Positions 25,988-38,005 of a stretch of 64,000 bases of DNA are shown piece after piece; the stretch's first letter is position 1; the number at the start of each line of letters is the position of its first letter. The notes beneath the pieces are model-generated. The model had not been told where the DNA came from, did no database searches, and saw only the letters and a program-made list of their open reading frames with translations. Both the position numbers and the translations under genes were made by a program. The DNA is from Eledone cirrhosa (taxonomy: Eukaryota), in contig OZ024746.1 in assembly GCA_964016885.1 (NCBI GenBank), forward strand, positions 59,644,001 to 59,708,000, read 5' to 3'.

Positions 25988-26021
25988 AAAGAACACAAGA
26001 GCATCTACAACATCAAAAGAT

Positions 26022-26081
26022 TTTTATTGGCTTACAATGTTTCTTCCTTACGTAACCGTAGGATTCGTCAGAGCTATAAAA
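26022..26081 (-). ncRNA. Type I hammerhead ribozyme
   Basis: Minus strand: ttttatagct CTGACGA atcctacg-gtta-cgtaaggaa GAAAC att GTA agccaataaaa; GUA site; tail runs about 40 nt to (TA)n; base of stem II is mismatched. Confidence 0.75.
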
Positions 26082-27034
26082 GGGGTTTGATTGGTGTTAT
26101 GAACTCTACCAACCAAACATTCAAGAACAAAGAGTAAAGAGAGTAAAGAGCAAAAGTAGGGAACGATAAGACTAATTTTGGTGCGGGAGGGTGGGTGTGG
26201 GTCCTTGTTTACTAGCTGCGGTCATATTCATTTCCGGGAGTCGAGTGGTTAGCTGAACCATAGATGGGGTGGCGTCTATAGTAGGGTGCAGAGGGTGTGC
26301 AGAGGCTACACACACACAAAGGGCATACAATATATATATAACGGAGGAGAAAGTACATGAGGTAATTAGAAGTGGAAAAAGAGTAATAATAATAATCTAT
26401 AATTAATAATGTATAATAAGGCATGGGGAAGATTACACTATAATAAGGTATAAAAGTAAGGATAAGGTAAAATATAAAGGAGGATAAAAGTGAAAATGAG
26501 AATAAAGATAAAAAATATATATATTAAAAAATATATATATTAAAAAAATATATAGAGAATATATAAAGAAATATAAGCAAGTATTTGAAGGGGAAAACAC
26601 AATGTAAAAAACCGATTTTTTCAAATAAAAATATTATAATTATGGGGGGGGGGGATAGAGAAATATGATCAAATGTGATTAGTTGAGAGAATATAAGATG
26701 ATAATAGTTTTGTCAAGTTTATACATCTTAATAATAAATAATCTGTGTAGCAGAGTTACAGAACCTTCAATTCACTTACAGGTTCAAGCCACGTGGCATA
26801 GTCCATTGTTTATCTGTGCGGTCATGCGCGTTTGTTTTTGACACCACAGCAGATGCACAAGTTCGTAAATTCCAATGCAGATAGAAATCTATTTTTGCTC
26901 ACCCAGACATTGACGGAAGATCCAATATTCCTAGTTCAATATGTGTGTGGTGTTATTTTGGTCGCACAAATCAATCACTTGGTTATATATATCAATCACA
27001 AATCAATCACTTGCTTATATATATATATATATAT

Positions 27035-27990
27035 GAACGGGTCAGTCGGAAAAGTTGTTTTTCTCGTGAGTAGCAATGACGTTAAGGACTGCAAAGTATG
27101 CAGTCGGAAGTCACATGCACCCATGCGCATGCAGGGTCTTTTGTGAGTTCGCTGCATGTGCCACTAACTGTCAGGGAGCCAGCGTGATCTACAACTTACT
27201 AGTTGATTATTGTATTTCACCCAATTCTCCCAACAAGTTCCTGAATGTTATAACTGAAGATGAGAAATGGGTGTAGAAATCCGCCATGAAAAACTCATTC
27301 ATCACAGTGGAAGCATCTAACATCATCCAGGCCTTTAAAGAGCATGTCAGGTGCGGAATAAAATCCTGGCGATTTTGTCTGTTTTCTTCGACTACGTAAG
27401 CGTTAGACATCACGATTACACACCAAAAGCATAAACAGTTGCAAAGGACTACTAACAGGAAAATTCATGATGTAGTTCGGCGCACGAATCTGGATCTGCG
27501 TGCCTCGCAGGACAGCCATCTACATTCTGTACATTCTGACAATGTCCTGGCTCTTTCGTCGCAGCTGATCCGAGATTTCTTGACAAAGAAAGGCATTTCG
27601 CTCATTCGCCAAACTCCCCATTCTCCAGACATAGCTCCTTCAGACTCCTGGTTATTCCAAATAATTATTTCTACTTTTGGCACAAGGCCGGCAATTATCT
27701 CAGTGCATTACTGGTACTTTATTTTATCGACCCCCGTAAGTATGAAAGACAAAGTTAACCTCGGCGGGATTTGAACTCAGACCATAAAGGGGCGTAACTC
27801 TTTGCTGCAAAGCGTGGCGTCCGGCCCTCTACCGGAAGCTTTGGGAGACGAGAGGACATCATGCGGACTGCGACGGCGAAGCTGAGAATCATTCTAGGTT
27901 AAGTGTGGGAAAGCACTGGTGACCTTCTTCAAAGGAGATAAATAATTGAAACCCACTAATTACGTAAATTTTTCCGCAACCTAAGGTCGG
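27035..27990 (+). mobile_element. Mariner transposon relic interrupted by a SINE
   Basis: Left TIR; transposase fragments FLNVITEDEKWV, HSDN and PHSPDIAPSDSWLF (YSPDLAPSD motif). Confidence 0.8.
27662..27832 (-). mobile_element. tRNA-derived SINE (family S2)
   Basis: Reverse complement of GAGTTCAAATCCCGCCGAGGTTAACTT...CTTACGGGGTCGATAAAATAAAGTACCAG; about 12 copies in the window. Confidence 0.85.
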
Positions 27991-28464
27991 ATATGTATGT
28001 TTGCATGCATACATACATGATGGCTGCAAACTCTGCTAAGAGTTACTGTAATCGCTTGTCAGATTACAGAATTTGGTGCACTTTTAGGCTACGGCCAGTA
28101 ACACATATCCTGAAGAAACAATGCCTGTACTTTGAAGGGTTTTTTAAATGGGGAAAGGCCTTGCACTCGACCAATCCCACTCTCTGAGCATCGAAAACAC
28201 TACCCGAAAAGGAGAACTGGTCAACATCATCAGATGCTTCCGAAGCCGCAGGCTTTTTTCTTTTTTTCAGAGTTTCCCTCTCCTAGAAAGGTGAAGAAAA
28301 AAAAAAGTACTATTTGAATGGCCGGTGACTCTGTTGAGTTCTCCGCCCTTTGTCGGATCTTGTATTTCATCCCGCAGGGTGTCTAAATATCACCCTCCTC
28401 ACAAAGCAAACTTGGTGGGTTTAGTCGCCGACGACATACATACACGCATACATACATACATACA

Positions 28465-28497
<33 letters not shown>

Positions 28498-28566
28498 TCA
28501 TAAATAGATATATTCATAAATACATACATACGTGCATACATACAGGCATGTATAGATAGATAGATA

Positions 28567-28786
28567 TATTTCTTTATTAGCCACAGGGGCACAAAAGAAG
28601 GGGACAAATACAAAGGGGGAAGTTTACATACAATAAAAACGTGTAAAATGTTATCACAGATGGAATTTAAAAGTTAGTCGATTTTCCCCAATAGAGGGAG
28701 ACAGTTTATATGGGTAACACAGACCCCCGAAAAAAATGTGCAACCCTCATCTCCAGGAGTACGAAGAGCTTGTACTCCTTTCCTCT
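28567..28786 (-). mobile_element. 3' UTR remnant of a related Tx1-like element
   Basis: TTTATTAGCCACAGGGGCACAAAAGAAGGGGACA matches the 3' end of the adjacent full element; bounded by (GATA)n on both sides. Confidence 0.75.
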
Positions 28787-28822
<36 letters not shown>

Positions 28823-29053
28823 ATTTCTATTTATTTGCCACGAGGGCACAAAAGAAGGGGACATTTACACAGTGGGGGAGTTTACATAAATCGAGTAAAG
28901 AAAAAAGGAATAACAATAATAATATAACAATAAAAAGTCCTCAAAAGGGAGGGGGCGTGTTGGGGATTGCACATACCCCCGAAAAGTGTGCAACTCTTTT
29001 CGCGGGGGAAGCCCAGAGAGGAGGCGCTCCCCCTTTCCTCTTCACTTCTTCAC

Positions 29054-32000
29054 CTACAGAACAATGTAGAGAGAAGGCCCATTTACACGGGCCATTCTCG
29101 CTTCTTTCACCCACCTTTCATAAAACTGTCTGGGACCAAGCACTTCTCTCTCCATCCTGATTCTTCTTCCGAAGTGGTATCGGAAGAAGTAAACCAGGTG
29201 ATGGCCGGAGAGAAAGTCACCCGACCTCAGACCTTTCAGGCGCGTCCACCACACAACCTCTTTCATCATGGCTATTACGCACAGAAAGACCGCCTCTGCT
29301 TCATTTCTGAAGGGAGGAGGCGGCTTGATGTTCACCACAGACTCGGCGGTTAATCGAATCGGCGCCACACGCGACAGCAGTCGTTCGACGTAGCCCCACA
29401 GATCGGCAACGCCCGGGCAGTGTACCAGTGCATGCGCAACGGTTTCCTCGTCGCGCACGCATCTGGGACAGATCTTTTTCGCGGGATCCCTGCCCGGGCG
29501 CCCGTGTCTGTAGAGCTTTTCTCGAACGGGCAGAGCCCCCCGGTAACACTGCCAGGCTAGGGACCTCTGGAAGTTGTCCATGGGTCCCGGGCCGAAAGTT
29601 CTACCGAACAGGCTGGCCAGTTCGTCCTCCTCCATGCCTAGCGACTCTCCAAGGGTGTCGTCGCCCCTGCTAGCCACCAACCCTCTATAGAATGTCGAGG
29701 TGGATTCTCCACTGACAGTCGGGTCCGCTTGCCAGATAGCCGTGAGCGCCTGGGCACACTCAGTGTGCCAGTTGCCCAGTTTTCTCGGTCTTTGCTTCAC
29801 CCAGGATTGCAGTTCGGTGAGCGAGACGAGCTGTGGGAAGGCTCGCCTCACAAACGGGGCCCACACCGGCTGACCGTTGAGGAATACCTGTAGATGCCGT
29901 AGCCTCAATGCGTGCCTACGCATCAACAGCCACGGCATACCCAGCCCTCCTTTCGAAGGGTGCTGGCAGCAGATGGATCTCCTCACCATGGGAGGCCGCT
30001 TCTTCCAGAGGAACTGGAAGAGCATGCGTTCCATGATGGTGAGCTTTTCCTTGGGGCAAGGCACGACGGTCAGGCGGTAGTAGATGACGGACGCTATGTA
30101 AGCGTTCGTCACCTCCGCCCGACCTTTCAGTGATAGTTTGCACTTGGCCCACTTCTGGGTCAGCGCAAACACCCTGCTCGTCACCTCGCCCCAATTCTTC
30201 TCCACCTGGAGGTCCGGTCCGAACCAGACCCCGAGCAGCTTCACCGGGCCCTCCGTCCACCGCCCGACGACACCGTCTAACGGCATCGGTTTGCCCCTCC
30301 ACGTTCCGAGTTGCAAACCGACTGACTTGTCCTGGTTCAGCTTAGCCCCCGTCAGCCTTTCGTATTCCTCCAGTAGGGTGGCGATCGCCCCGATTTCCGA
30401 GGCGTCCGCCACCATTACTGTTACGTCGTCGGCATAGGCCGAGACCGCTTTGTGCAATCCCGGTTCCAGGGGTATGCCCCGCAGCAACTCCAACTTCCGC
30501 AGCAGTGGCTCGAGAGTCAATACGTACAGAAGGGAGGAGAGGGGGCACCCCTGTCTGATGGATCGGGTGATTTGAAACGGCTCCGAGAGGTAGCCGTTTA
30601 CTTTAATCCTAGAGTAGATGTTGCCACTGTGCATGGCAGAAATCCAGCCCCTGAAAACGGGTCCGAAGCCCGCCGCCGCTAGCACCGCATCCAGGTAACC
30701 ATGGTCGACCCTATCGAACGCCTTAGATTGATCCAAGTTGATCAGGGCCCCACCAAAGCCGGGTTCGTAGCCAACCCTCTCTATGATGTATCGCATGAGG
30801 TGGAGGTTGTCGTGAATGGACCTGGACGGGATAGCGCATGTCTGCGCGTCTCCCACCAAACCACCCACCACAAGCGCCAACCTCTTCGCCAACACCTTGG
30901 CCAAAATCTGTAACTCTGCATTCAGCAGAGTTATGGGCCTAAAGTTACTTAAGTCGTCCCCCTTGCTCTCGTCCTTCCTCACTAGCGTGACCACGCCCTT
31001 GGTCACAGAACAGGGAATTCTCCCGTTCTGTTGCCAGTTGCAATAGACAGCCTCGAGGAGTTCGGAGAACAAGACCGGCATAGCTAAATAAAGTTCGTAT
31101 GGTAGACCATCGAGACCCGGGGATTTGCGTCTGCTGCATTGGCTGAGCGCTTCCCCGATTTCAGTGGCTGTGATTGGCTCTTCGCAGCACTCCGCTTCGC
31201 CGCTCGAAAGACGCGGTAGACCGTCGAGGTATGGACCGAAGTCCACATCCCCGTCCGGCCCCCCGCCACCTCCGAACAGTCGAGCAAAGTGCCTTTGAAA
31301 GGTCTCGCACATTCGCTCAGGTTCAAGGATCACCCGTCCATCCTGGTCTCGCAAAGACCGAATGGTGGATTTAATCCCACTCTTGGCTTCTGTCACGCGG
31401 GCCCAGCTAACAGCTTTGGTCCCCTCGTTTCCTAAAGCACGTATTTTACTTCGGACAACGCAGCCTTCGTGCTTCGCGTCAAAGAACTGGCTCAATGCCG
31501 TTCTCGTCGCTAACACTCTGGCTACGTCTCCGCTCCTAATCGCCTCTTCTAGTTTATCTGTTAACTCCCTTTCCCTCCTATTTCTATTCGCCGCTAGTTC
31601 CTTACTGTAACCTATCGAACTTACTCTAATCTCTCTCTTTAGAGATATCCACCACCTACTGTTGACGATCGCTCCCGTCAACCGCATCTTAACTAAGCTA
31701 CTAATCCGGTTTCTGTAATCTTTCTTTGTCGGTAAGGACAAGTTCATCTTCCAGTAACCGGGACCCTGTCTATGCGTTCTATCAAGGTTGACCACGCAGG
31801 TCACTAATTTGTGATCTGAATAGCCAACCATGATCAGTTCTGGACAACTAAATACGTCCCTATCCTTACTCCTAACCAAAAACCTATCTAGGTACGATCT
31901 AGATTGTCCACTGCGGTTTGCCCAGGTCCAGGTTGGCGCAGTTGGACAATCTAGTCGAAATCTATCGACCAGGTCGAATCGATCGAGTAACCCCTTGAGG

Positions 32001-32482
32001 CTGCTACACCCCCCTCTATCGGGACATGCCCCTGCATAGTCCCAACGCGCATCTAGGATTCCATTCCAGTCCCCCACTAAAAGCAGGGAACGCGACGTTC
32101 CTAGAAAAGTTTCCAGACGTTGGAAGAAGTCGGCTCTCTCCGCCCCGAAGGGAGCATAAAGACCGACCAGTCTGAAAGCCCCGCCTTCACCACCTCCGAC
32201 GTCCAGCACCAGTAATCGACCCCCCGGGTCCGAGTGAACAATCTGTACGTCGAGAGTCAGACGTTTATCCAGCAGTACGGCAACTCCCCCCCCGCCTCCG
32301 GGTTGACAGAGAGATGCGTGCATCTCAAAGTCATCGAAGGCGGGCGCCAGCTGTCTCACGCTGCTGATCCGACTCTCGCAAACAACCATCACATCTATAC
32401 TTTGTGACCTGAGGTCACTTAGAAGCTTTGCTTGCTTCCAAGCTGAGCTCAGGCCACGCGCGTTCAAACAGCCAACTCTCAA
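29054..32482 (-). CDS. Tx1-like ORF2: APE endonuclease, reverse transcriptase and CCHC domain
   Basis: GCLNARGL, VGDWN, SYLDRFLV, SDH; PGLDG, FRPITLLN, LDQSKAFDRV, RQGCPLS, YADD; CPRC...ETVAHALVHC. 1142 aa open; no ATG at the start. Confidence 0.95.
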   Translation of the reverse strand: MRVGCLNARGLSSAWKQAKLLSDLRSQSIDVMVVCESRISSVRQLAPAFDDFEMHASLCQPGGGGGVAVLLDKRLTLDVQIVHSDPGGRLLVLDVGGGEGGAFRLVGLYAPFGAERADFFQRLETFLGTSRSLLLVGDWNGILDARWDYAGACPDRGGCSSLKGLLDRFDLVDRFRLDCPTAPTWTWANRSGQSRSYLDRFLVRSKDRDVFSCPELIMVGYSDHKLVTCVVNLDRTHRQGPGYWKMNLSLPTKKDYRNRISSLVKMRLTGAIVNSRWWISLKREIRVSSIGYSKELAANRNRRERELTDKLEEAIRSGDVARVLATRTALSQFFDAKHEGCVVRSKIRALGNEGTKAVSWARVTEAKSGIKSTIRSLRDQDGRVILEPERMCETFQRHFARLFGGGGGPDGDVDFGPYLDGLPRLSSGEAECCEEPITATEIGEALSQCSRRKSPGLDGLPYELYLAMPVLFSELLEAVYCNWQQNGRIPCSVTKGVVTLVRKDESKGDDLSNFRPITLLNAELQILAKVLAKRLALVVGGLVGDAQTCAIPSRSIHDNLHLMRYIIERVGYEPGFGGALINLDQSKAFDRVDHGYLDAVLAAAGFGPVFRGWISAMHSGNIYSRIKVNGYLSEPFQITRSIRQGCPLSSLLYVLTLEPLLRKLELLRGIPLEPGLHKAVSAYADDVTVMVADASEIGAIATLLEEYERLTGAKLNQDKSVGLQLGTWRGKPMPLDGVVGRWTEGPVKLLGVWFGPDLQVEKNWGEVTSRVFALTQKWAKCKLSLKGRAEVTNAYIASVIYYRLTVVPCPKEKLTIMERMLFQFLWKKRPPMVRRSICCQHPSKGGLGMPWLLMRRHALRLRHLQVFLNGQPVWAPFVRRAFPQLVSLTELQSWVKQRPRKLGNWHTECAQALTAIWQADPTVSGESTSTFYRGLVASRGDDTLGESLGMEEDELASLFGRTFGPGPMDNFQRSLAWQCYRGALPVREKLYRHGRPGRDPAKKICPRCVRDEETVAHALVHCPGVADLWGYVERLLSRVAPIRLTAESVVNIKPPPPFRNEAEAVFLCVIAMMKEVVWWTRLKGLRSGDFLSGHHLVYFFRYHFGRRIRMEREVLGPRQFYERWVKEARMARVNGPSLYIVL

Positions 32483-32487
32483 TTGAT

Positions 32488-34350
32488 CTATTTTGGTGTT
32501 GAAAGTGAAGAAAGAAAAGCACTTACCTCTCCGGGTTGCGTAATTTCCATGGCATCAGGTGTGTTGGGTGGAGGGATGTTTTGTGGTGGTGTGGGGGTAC
32601 ACGTGTGTGGTGGGGTTGGGGTATTTGGAGTTGTGTCAGGGAGAGGGGCGGTTATGGGGAAATCTTTCAAGAGGACGCGATTCAACGGTTTTAAACAGGG
32701 GGGGCTCACGTCCCGTCTAAATTGTTCTTTTAAGGAACGATAAAGGTCCAGAGGGACCTTTATCATTTTTAAATGGGTGAAGTTCTCTGTTGAGATAAAG
32801 TTTGGCCCTTCGGTCTGCACCATAGGGTTATTGTTTATTAATTTAACCAGTTTTTTGTTTTCTTTATTTATATATGTGTATTGCAACGTCTTTTTTTGTG
32901 ATGCTGTCAATGTTTCGGAGAGGGGAGGCGCAGATTTATTTTTGTTTGTTGAGGGTGGGGTGTTTTTGATTGGAGTTGGTGTTTGTGTGTGGGTTATTTG
33001 TGGTGTGCTGGGTGTGTGTTTTCTTTTTTTTCTTTTAACTTGTCTGAAGGCTTCTCCTCCTTCTTCTTCAGAAGTTGGGGGAAACTCTTCAGCGCTAGGT
33101 GGGAGGGACGTGTTGTGTGGTTGTTTTTTTTTTGCGGGAGGGGTAGATTTGTTACTGTTTTTTTTATTATTTGTTTGGAATGGGTTTTGTGGTGGTGGTG
33201 GTGGTAATGTTTGTGTCGTGCTTGTGGTTGGTAATGGTGGTGGTGATGTTTGTGTTGTGGTTGGTGGTGGTGATTTTTGTGTCGTGCTTGTGTTTGGTGC
33301 TGGTGGTGGTGATGTTTGTGTTGTGTTTGTGGTTGGTGGTGTCTGTATTTTGTTTGCTGTGTGTGGTATTAGTGTATTTTTGGAGGTGGGTGGTGCTGGT
33401 GTACTGTTTGTGGTGGGTGTGGGCAATAGTCCTTTTTGGGGGATACGTTTCGGGCAGTTAGCCTTAACGTGTCCCCTTTCCATGCATAAATAGCATGCTG
33501 GTCTTCTCCCCTCTACAATTATGTCTATTGGGGTAAGGTCATCCAGCCAGATGCGATCCGGGATTTGTGCTATTCTTTCGGGCCTCATTTGGACTAGTAT
33601 GTCGAGGCCCATTCCCAGGAACGCATCTCCAGTTGCCTTCCCCATTGACAGCATAGTGTCTTCGCCCATATCAATGAAGCCAGCAATAGCCCACCAGAAG
33701 TCCATTGTGGGCAGCATTGTTTTTACTTTTATTCTTTGTGTTCTTCTACCCATGTAGGAGGGATAGAAGCTATATGTTGTCGACGAGAGTGGGCTTAGGG
33801 AAAGCTGAACCGCCGTTTCTTTGTCTCTTGTTAGGACCGAAATGCTGCCATAGAGTCGGTCCTTTCGTATGAAGAGAATATTCTTCATATAGTCTTTTAG
33901 GACTAACTCTATTTCCATTTGGCTGGGCTGTGCTGGCTTTCTTGACTGGTTTAGTATAGTTCTGTATATAACTGTGTTTTCTGCTCTGGCTTTCTTGAAT
34001 TCTGGGGGGGAGTTAATGGAAAACATTCCATTTTCCCCCAAAACAATATGTTTCTTTGCTTCGGCCAGTTTTTCTCTGGCGGCAGTTAGGTCAATTGGTG
34101 TGTATGTAATGGATTGCTTTGTTTTCTGGGCGAAAGTTGCCCTGTCGTTATTTGTATTATTTTCTGTTTGTTTGTTTTCTGTTTGCTCATTTTCCTTAAC
34201 ATTTGTTTTTTCATTTTGTTTGTTTGTTTCAATGTCTAATTTTGTTGTAATTATTTTTTGTTCTTCAGACTTGGGGGGCGTGGCAGAGCTAATGGCAGAC
34301 ATGTCTGCCATCTTTTCCGCCATGCTGCCAAGAAAGAAATTTTTCGGCAA
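32488..34350 (-). CDS. Tx1-like ORF1 nucleic-acid-binding protein
   Basis: CYLCMERGHVKANC zinc knuckle, Pro/Thr-rich repeats and basic KRKKRK; the real start is probably the ATG at 34323 (MAEKMAD). Confidence 0.88.
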   Translation of the reverse strand: MPKNFFLGSMAEKMADMSAISSATPPKSEEQKIITTKLDIETNKQNEKTNVKENEQTENKQTENNTNNDRATFAQKTKQSITYTPIDLTAAREKLAEAKKHIVLGENGMFSINSPPEFKKARAENTVIYRTILNQSRKPAQPSQMEIELVLKDYMKNILFIRKDRLYGSISVLTRDKETAVQLSLSPLSSTTYSFYPSYMGRRTQRIKVKTMLPTMDFWWAIAGFIDMGEDTMLSMGKATGDAFLGMGLDILVQMRPERIAQIPDRIWLDDLTPIDIIVEGRRPACYLCMERGHVKANCPKRIPQKGLLPTPTTNSTPAPPTSKNTLIPHTANKIQTPPTTNTTQTSPPPAPNTSTTQKSPPPTTTQTSPPPLPTTSTTQTLPPPPPQNPFQTNNKKNSNKSTPPAKKKQPHNTSLPPSAEEFPPTSEEEGGEAFRQVKRKKRKHTPSTPQITHTQTPTPIKNTPPSTNKNKSAPPLSETLTASQKKTLQYTYINKENKKLVKLINNNPMVQTEGPNFISTENFTHLKMIKVPLDLYRSLKEQFRRDVSPPCLKPLNRVLLKDFPITAPLPDTTPNTPTPPHTCTPTPPQNIPPPNTPDAMEITQPGEVSAFLSSLSTPK

Positions 34351-35194
34351 AAATAGATATTTATTTTACCCCCTAAAAAGGGGGTAAATGCAAAAATGTT
34401 TCCCTAAATAACAGGGGTTAGTGTTCCAAATGTGTTGCACTAAAAAATTTATCCGGTACTTACAATAGTAAGGGTAAATCCCGATGGAATAGCGGAGCCG
34501 ATGCGAAGCGTGTCTTACTCTATCAAGATAGATAGATAGATAGATAGATTCCCTCAGATGAATTTCTATAAATATATATATTGATCACGCTTAGTCTTGC
34601 CAATTCAATTCAATATTCCTCGCGGAGGGGATCTAACAATACTGAAGTCTGTCTGTTGTTTTCACCGGTTAGCTTTAGAGACTAGGCAAACTTTAATCTG
34701 CAGTATTTATATTTTCAAGTAATTATTTAACCTTAGATAAACCAGTTAATACTTCTTAGTTCATGGTCAGTCATGAACGGCTTGGGCCACAAATAATATC
34801 TCTTAATCGGAGTTTTCTTTATATTCTGATAGAAAATAAAAAGAATTTCTAGTTTACGTTACGAAACTAACCATTAGGGGAATTTGGTTAGAATTAATGA
34901 TGTATTGTCTTTTGTTGTTGCTGTTGTTGGTGGTGGTGGTGGTGGCGTTTGCTAAGAATAAATAAAGCACAGACGAATCCAAAGAACCAGTCTTCGATAA
35001 AGTAATATAACGTGACTAGTGATAAAACAGAAAAGAGACTATTTGACAGAATTTGAAAGAATCTGAAAGAATTTCTAGTTTAGTCTCTTCCATTGTAAGA
35101 ACTGACTGCATTAACAAATGTTTTATTTTTAATCATCACGATTGCGACCACAGCCGAACATTCCTGACAAAGTATCTCCAGAATTCATTATTTT

Positions 35195-35383
35195 CCGGTG
35201 GATTGGCAGTATCGGTAGTGGGTCGGACGCCATGCTTTGACGCATAGACTTACGGCCCTTGCCAATCTGAGTTCAAATCCCGCCGAGGTTAACTTTACCT
35301 TTCATCCTTACGGGGTCGATAAAATAAGTACCAGTAATGTACTGGGTAATTGCTGGCCTTGTGCCAAAAGTAGAAACAATTAT
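35195..35383 (+). mobile_element. SINE family S2, near full length
   Basis: Head TGGCAGTATCGG, B-box-like GAGTTCAAATCC and the S2 core. Confidence 0.85.
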
Positions 35384-35384
35384 T

Positions 35385-35755
35385 TTCCATTTCTCCTGGC
35401 AACAACTCTCTACTGAGGTTTGTATCATCTTAGAGTTTATCTATGAATGTTCGAGCAGGTCTTCCCCTACTGCTCATCCGTGAGTTGGTTCCCACAATAG
35501 TAGCTTGTGTATAACTTCCTACTTACTTTTCCACACATTGTAACTGTCTTTGAACAATTGTAGTCGTTATACACTCAGACCATTTAAAACCCAAGGCATT
35601 TTAGCGTATCCACCATATAGTTTCTTCCCAAGTGCTTGTGTCAGGGTCAATGCACCTCATCCCTACAAGACAGATTCAACAAATGTTCTGAAGAATGTTA
35701 TTTTGATTTTTCTGGGTAGATCTGACTTTCATATCCTTTCCAGTTTGTTCATTGG
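35385..35755 (-). pseudogene. RTE-clade LINE RT C-terminal remnant
   Basis: Minus-strand translation NKLERI*KSDLPRKIKITFFRTFVESVL*G*GALTLTQALGKKLYGGYAKM resembles the RTE motif IW...K...VESVLLYG.E.WTL. Confidence 0.7.
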
Positions 35756-36207
35756 AAATTCTATCAATGTCCTTTTTTAATGAACTCATCCAGCTACCCA
35801 AATATATATTTTTCATATTAACTCTTTCATGACCATAATTCTAATGTCATACGCTCTATTACAACTGATTAATTAAAGTTTTGGAAGGATTTCATTATTA
35901 AAATAGTATTTATAATATATCTTATAAGGTTCTTATATAAATATGCTTTGGAAGATTTTAATTTAAATAGAAACCCTTTAAAATGGGTAGTTTTGATTCT
36001 GCAAGCGGTTGGATTTGAACTCAGAATGCACAGATCTCCAGCAGATACCGCACTGGAGCCCACCTGGCTCTTTAACATTTACACATATCTACTAACTCTT
36101 GACTGGTACTTTATTTATAGGATCCCAAAAGAATGAAATGCAAAATTGACCTCGATGGAATTTGAATTCTGCCCACAGAGAGCCGGAACAAATAACGAGG
36201 CATTTAA

Positions 36208-36427
36208 CCCTTTAGCATTTACATTACTCTATATTTACTATTTTGTTTTCATGGTAAAGGCTTTATCTCGCATAATTAACTCACATAATATCGAATCTAT
36301 GAGATTTGATATTATTTATTTTGAGGACAATACCTTAACATAAGTATGAGTGGACAGTTACAGCCGGTTTGAACTGAAAGGGGTGAGAGATTTCTGGCCG
36401 GATATGGCCGGTTCAAATGCTAAAGGG
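36208..36427. mobile_element. piggyBac-type MITE inserted into an old S2 SINE
   Basis: TTAA|CCCTTTAGCATTT ... AAATGCTAAAGGG|TTAA. Confidence 0.85.
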
Positions 36428-37219
36428 TTAATCTGACTCTCTACCAATTCTGCCAATCCACTGACCCCATAATTGTATATAACAGCTTAGTGGGCTGAGA
36501 TCGTTGATAGTTAAGTGACTAAATAGCAATAATTGGTTACAAGATAGTTCTGGAAGTAAAAACAGTGCTCACTACACAAAGTAGAATATTCAAGTGTCTT
36601 TTGTGGTTATGAAAACGGTAAAGGAAGAGAAAGGCAAGGACTCTGGTGTCACAGAAGAATGGGGAGGGGAAAGAAGAGGTTGATGGGCTCTGAGCCTAGG
36701 GTGCAGCGGTATTGAGGCTGGTTGTGCTCCGCGGACAAGACCGCAAAACCATTCCCGCGGACAATGGCCAGCGACACCAGCTACAACAACCACCCCACCT
36801 CGCGGGGCTCCGTCCTAGCTATGGATTTAACAAACAGAAATGAATATGTGGATACAAATCTCTGATGTACTACTACTGTCTTGTTTGTCAATACACTATC
36901 AACTCTGTTATCAGTGGTTCTTATTTTTTATGACACTTCTGTGTCTATTTTCAGAACCTTTAAGTATAAATACATGTAAGTATGTAAATCTTTATCATGT
37001 GTTATCTCAAACATGTATAGAGGCAATGAATACTTTTGCATTGAAAATTACTCAAAATTTGTTGCAGAAATTCACTGTTCATCTTATTGGTGACAACACT
37101 TGAGGACAGACAATAGTATACAATCTACTTAATCTATCGAATGTTTAAATCTTTAGCTTGTGGTGGGTGTTATTTATGCAGATGCTAAAATGACTTCGAT
37201 AGACATCCATGGGTGTTCG

Positions 37220-38005
37220 TATGTATGTGCTCGTGTGTGTGTGTGTATATGTGCACGTATGTGTGTGTATGTGCACGTATGTGTGTGTATGTGCGCGTGT
37301 GTGTATGTGTACATGTGTGTGTATGTGAATGTGTGTGTAAGTGCACGTGTGTGTGTATGTGTGCGTATGTGTGTGTATGTGCGCGTGTGTGTGTGCGTGC
37401 CCGTGTGTGTGTGTATGTGTATGTGTATGTACACGTGTGTGTGTGTGTGTGTATGTACATGTATGTGTGAATATGCACGTGTGTGTGTGTGTGTACACGT
37501 ATGTGTGAATATGCACGTGTGTGTGTGTACACGTATGTGTGTATGTGAACGTGTGTGTGTGTGTGTACACGTGTGTACACGTATGTGTGTATGTGAACGT
37601 TTGTGTATGTACACGTATGTGTGTATGTGAATGTGTGTGTGTATGTACACGTATGTGTGTATGTGAACGTGTGTGTGTATGTACATGTATGCCTGTATGT
37701 GAACGTGTGTGTGTACACGTATGTGTACACCAACACTATATATATATATACGCATGTGTGTATGTGAACGTGTGTGTGTATGTACACGTGTGTACACGTA
37801 TGTCTGTATGTGAACATGTGTGTGTGTGTACACGTACGTGTGTATGTGAACGTGTGTGTGTATGTACACGTATGTCTGTATGTGAACGTGTGTGTGTATG
37901 TACACATATCTGTGTATGTGAACGTGTGTGTATGTGCACGTATGTGTGTATGTGAACGTATGTGTGTGTACACGTATGTCTGTATGTGAACGTGTGTGTG
38001 TATAT
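37220..38005. repeat. Degenerate TG-rich minisatellite (GTGTACACGTATGTGTGTATGTGAAC-like unit)
   Basis: Seen directly. Confidence 0.85.

Larger units (their letters stand above)
28821..34525 (-). mobile_element. Full-length Tx1-clade (L1 group) non-LTR retrotransposon inserted in (GATA)n
   Basis: Two uninterrupted ORFs; (GATA)n tracts at about 28787-28820 and 34526-34548. Confidence 0.93.

Noticed and set aside
29301-34387. Plus-strand and alternative-frame ORFs over the Tx1 element
   Set aside because: Shadow ORFs of GC-rich coding sequence, with no motifs.
36590-36830. GC-richer unique-looking stretch as a possible host exon
   Set aside because: No recognisable protein motif or convincing splice sites; small exons cannot be excluded without RNA-seq.
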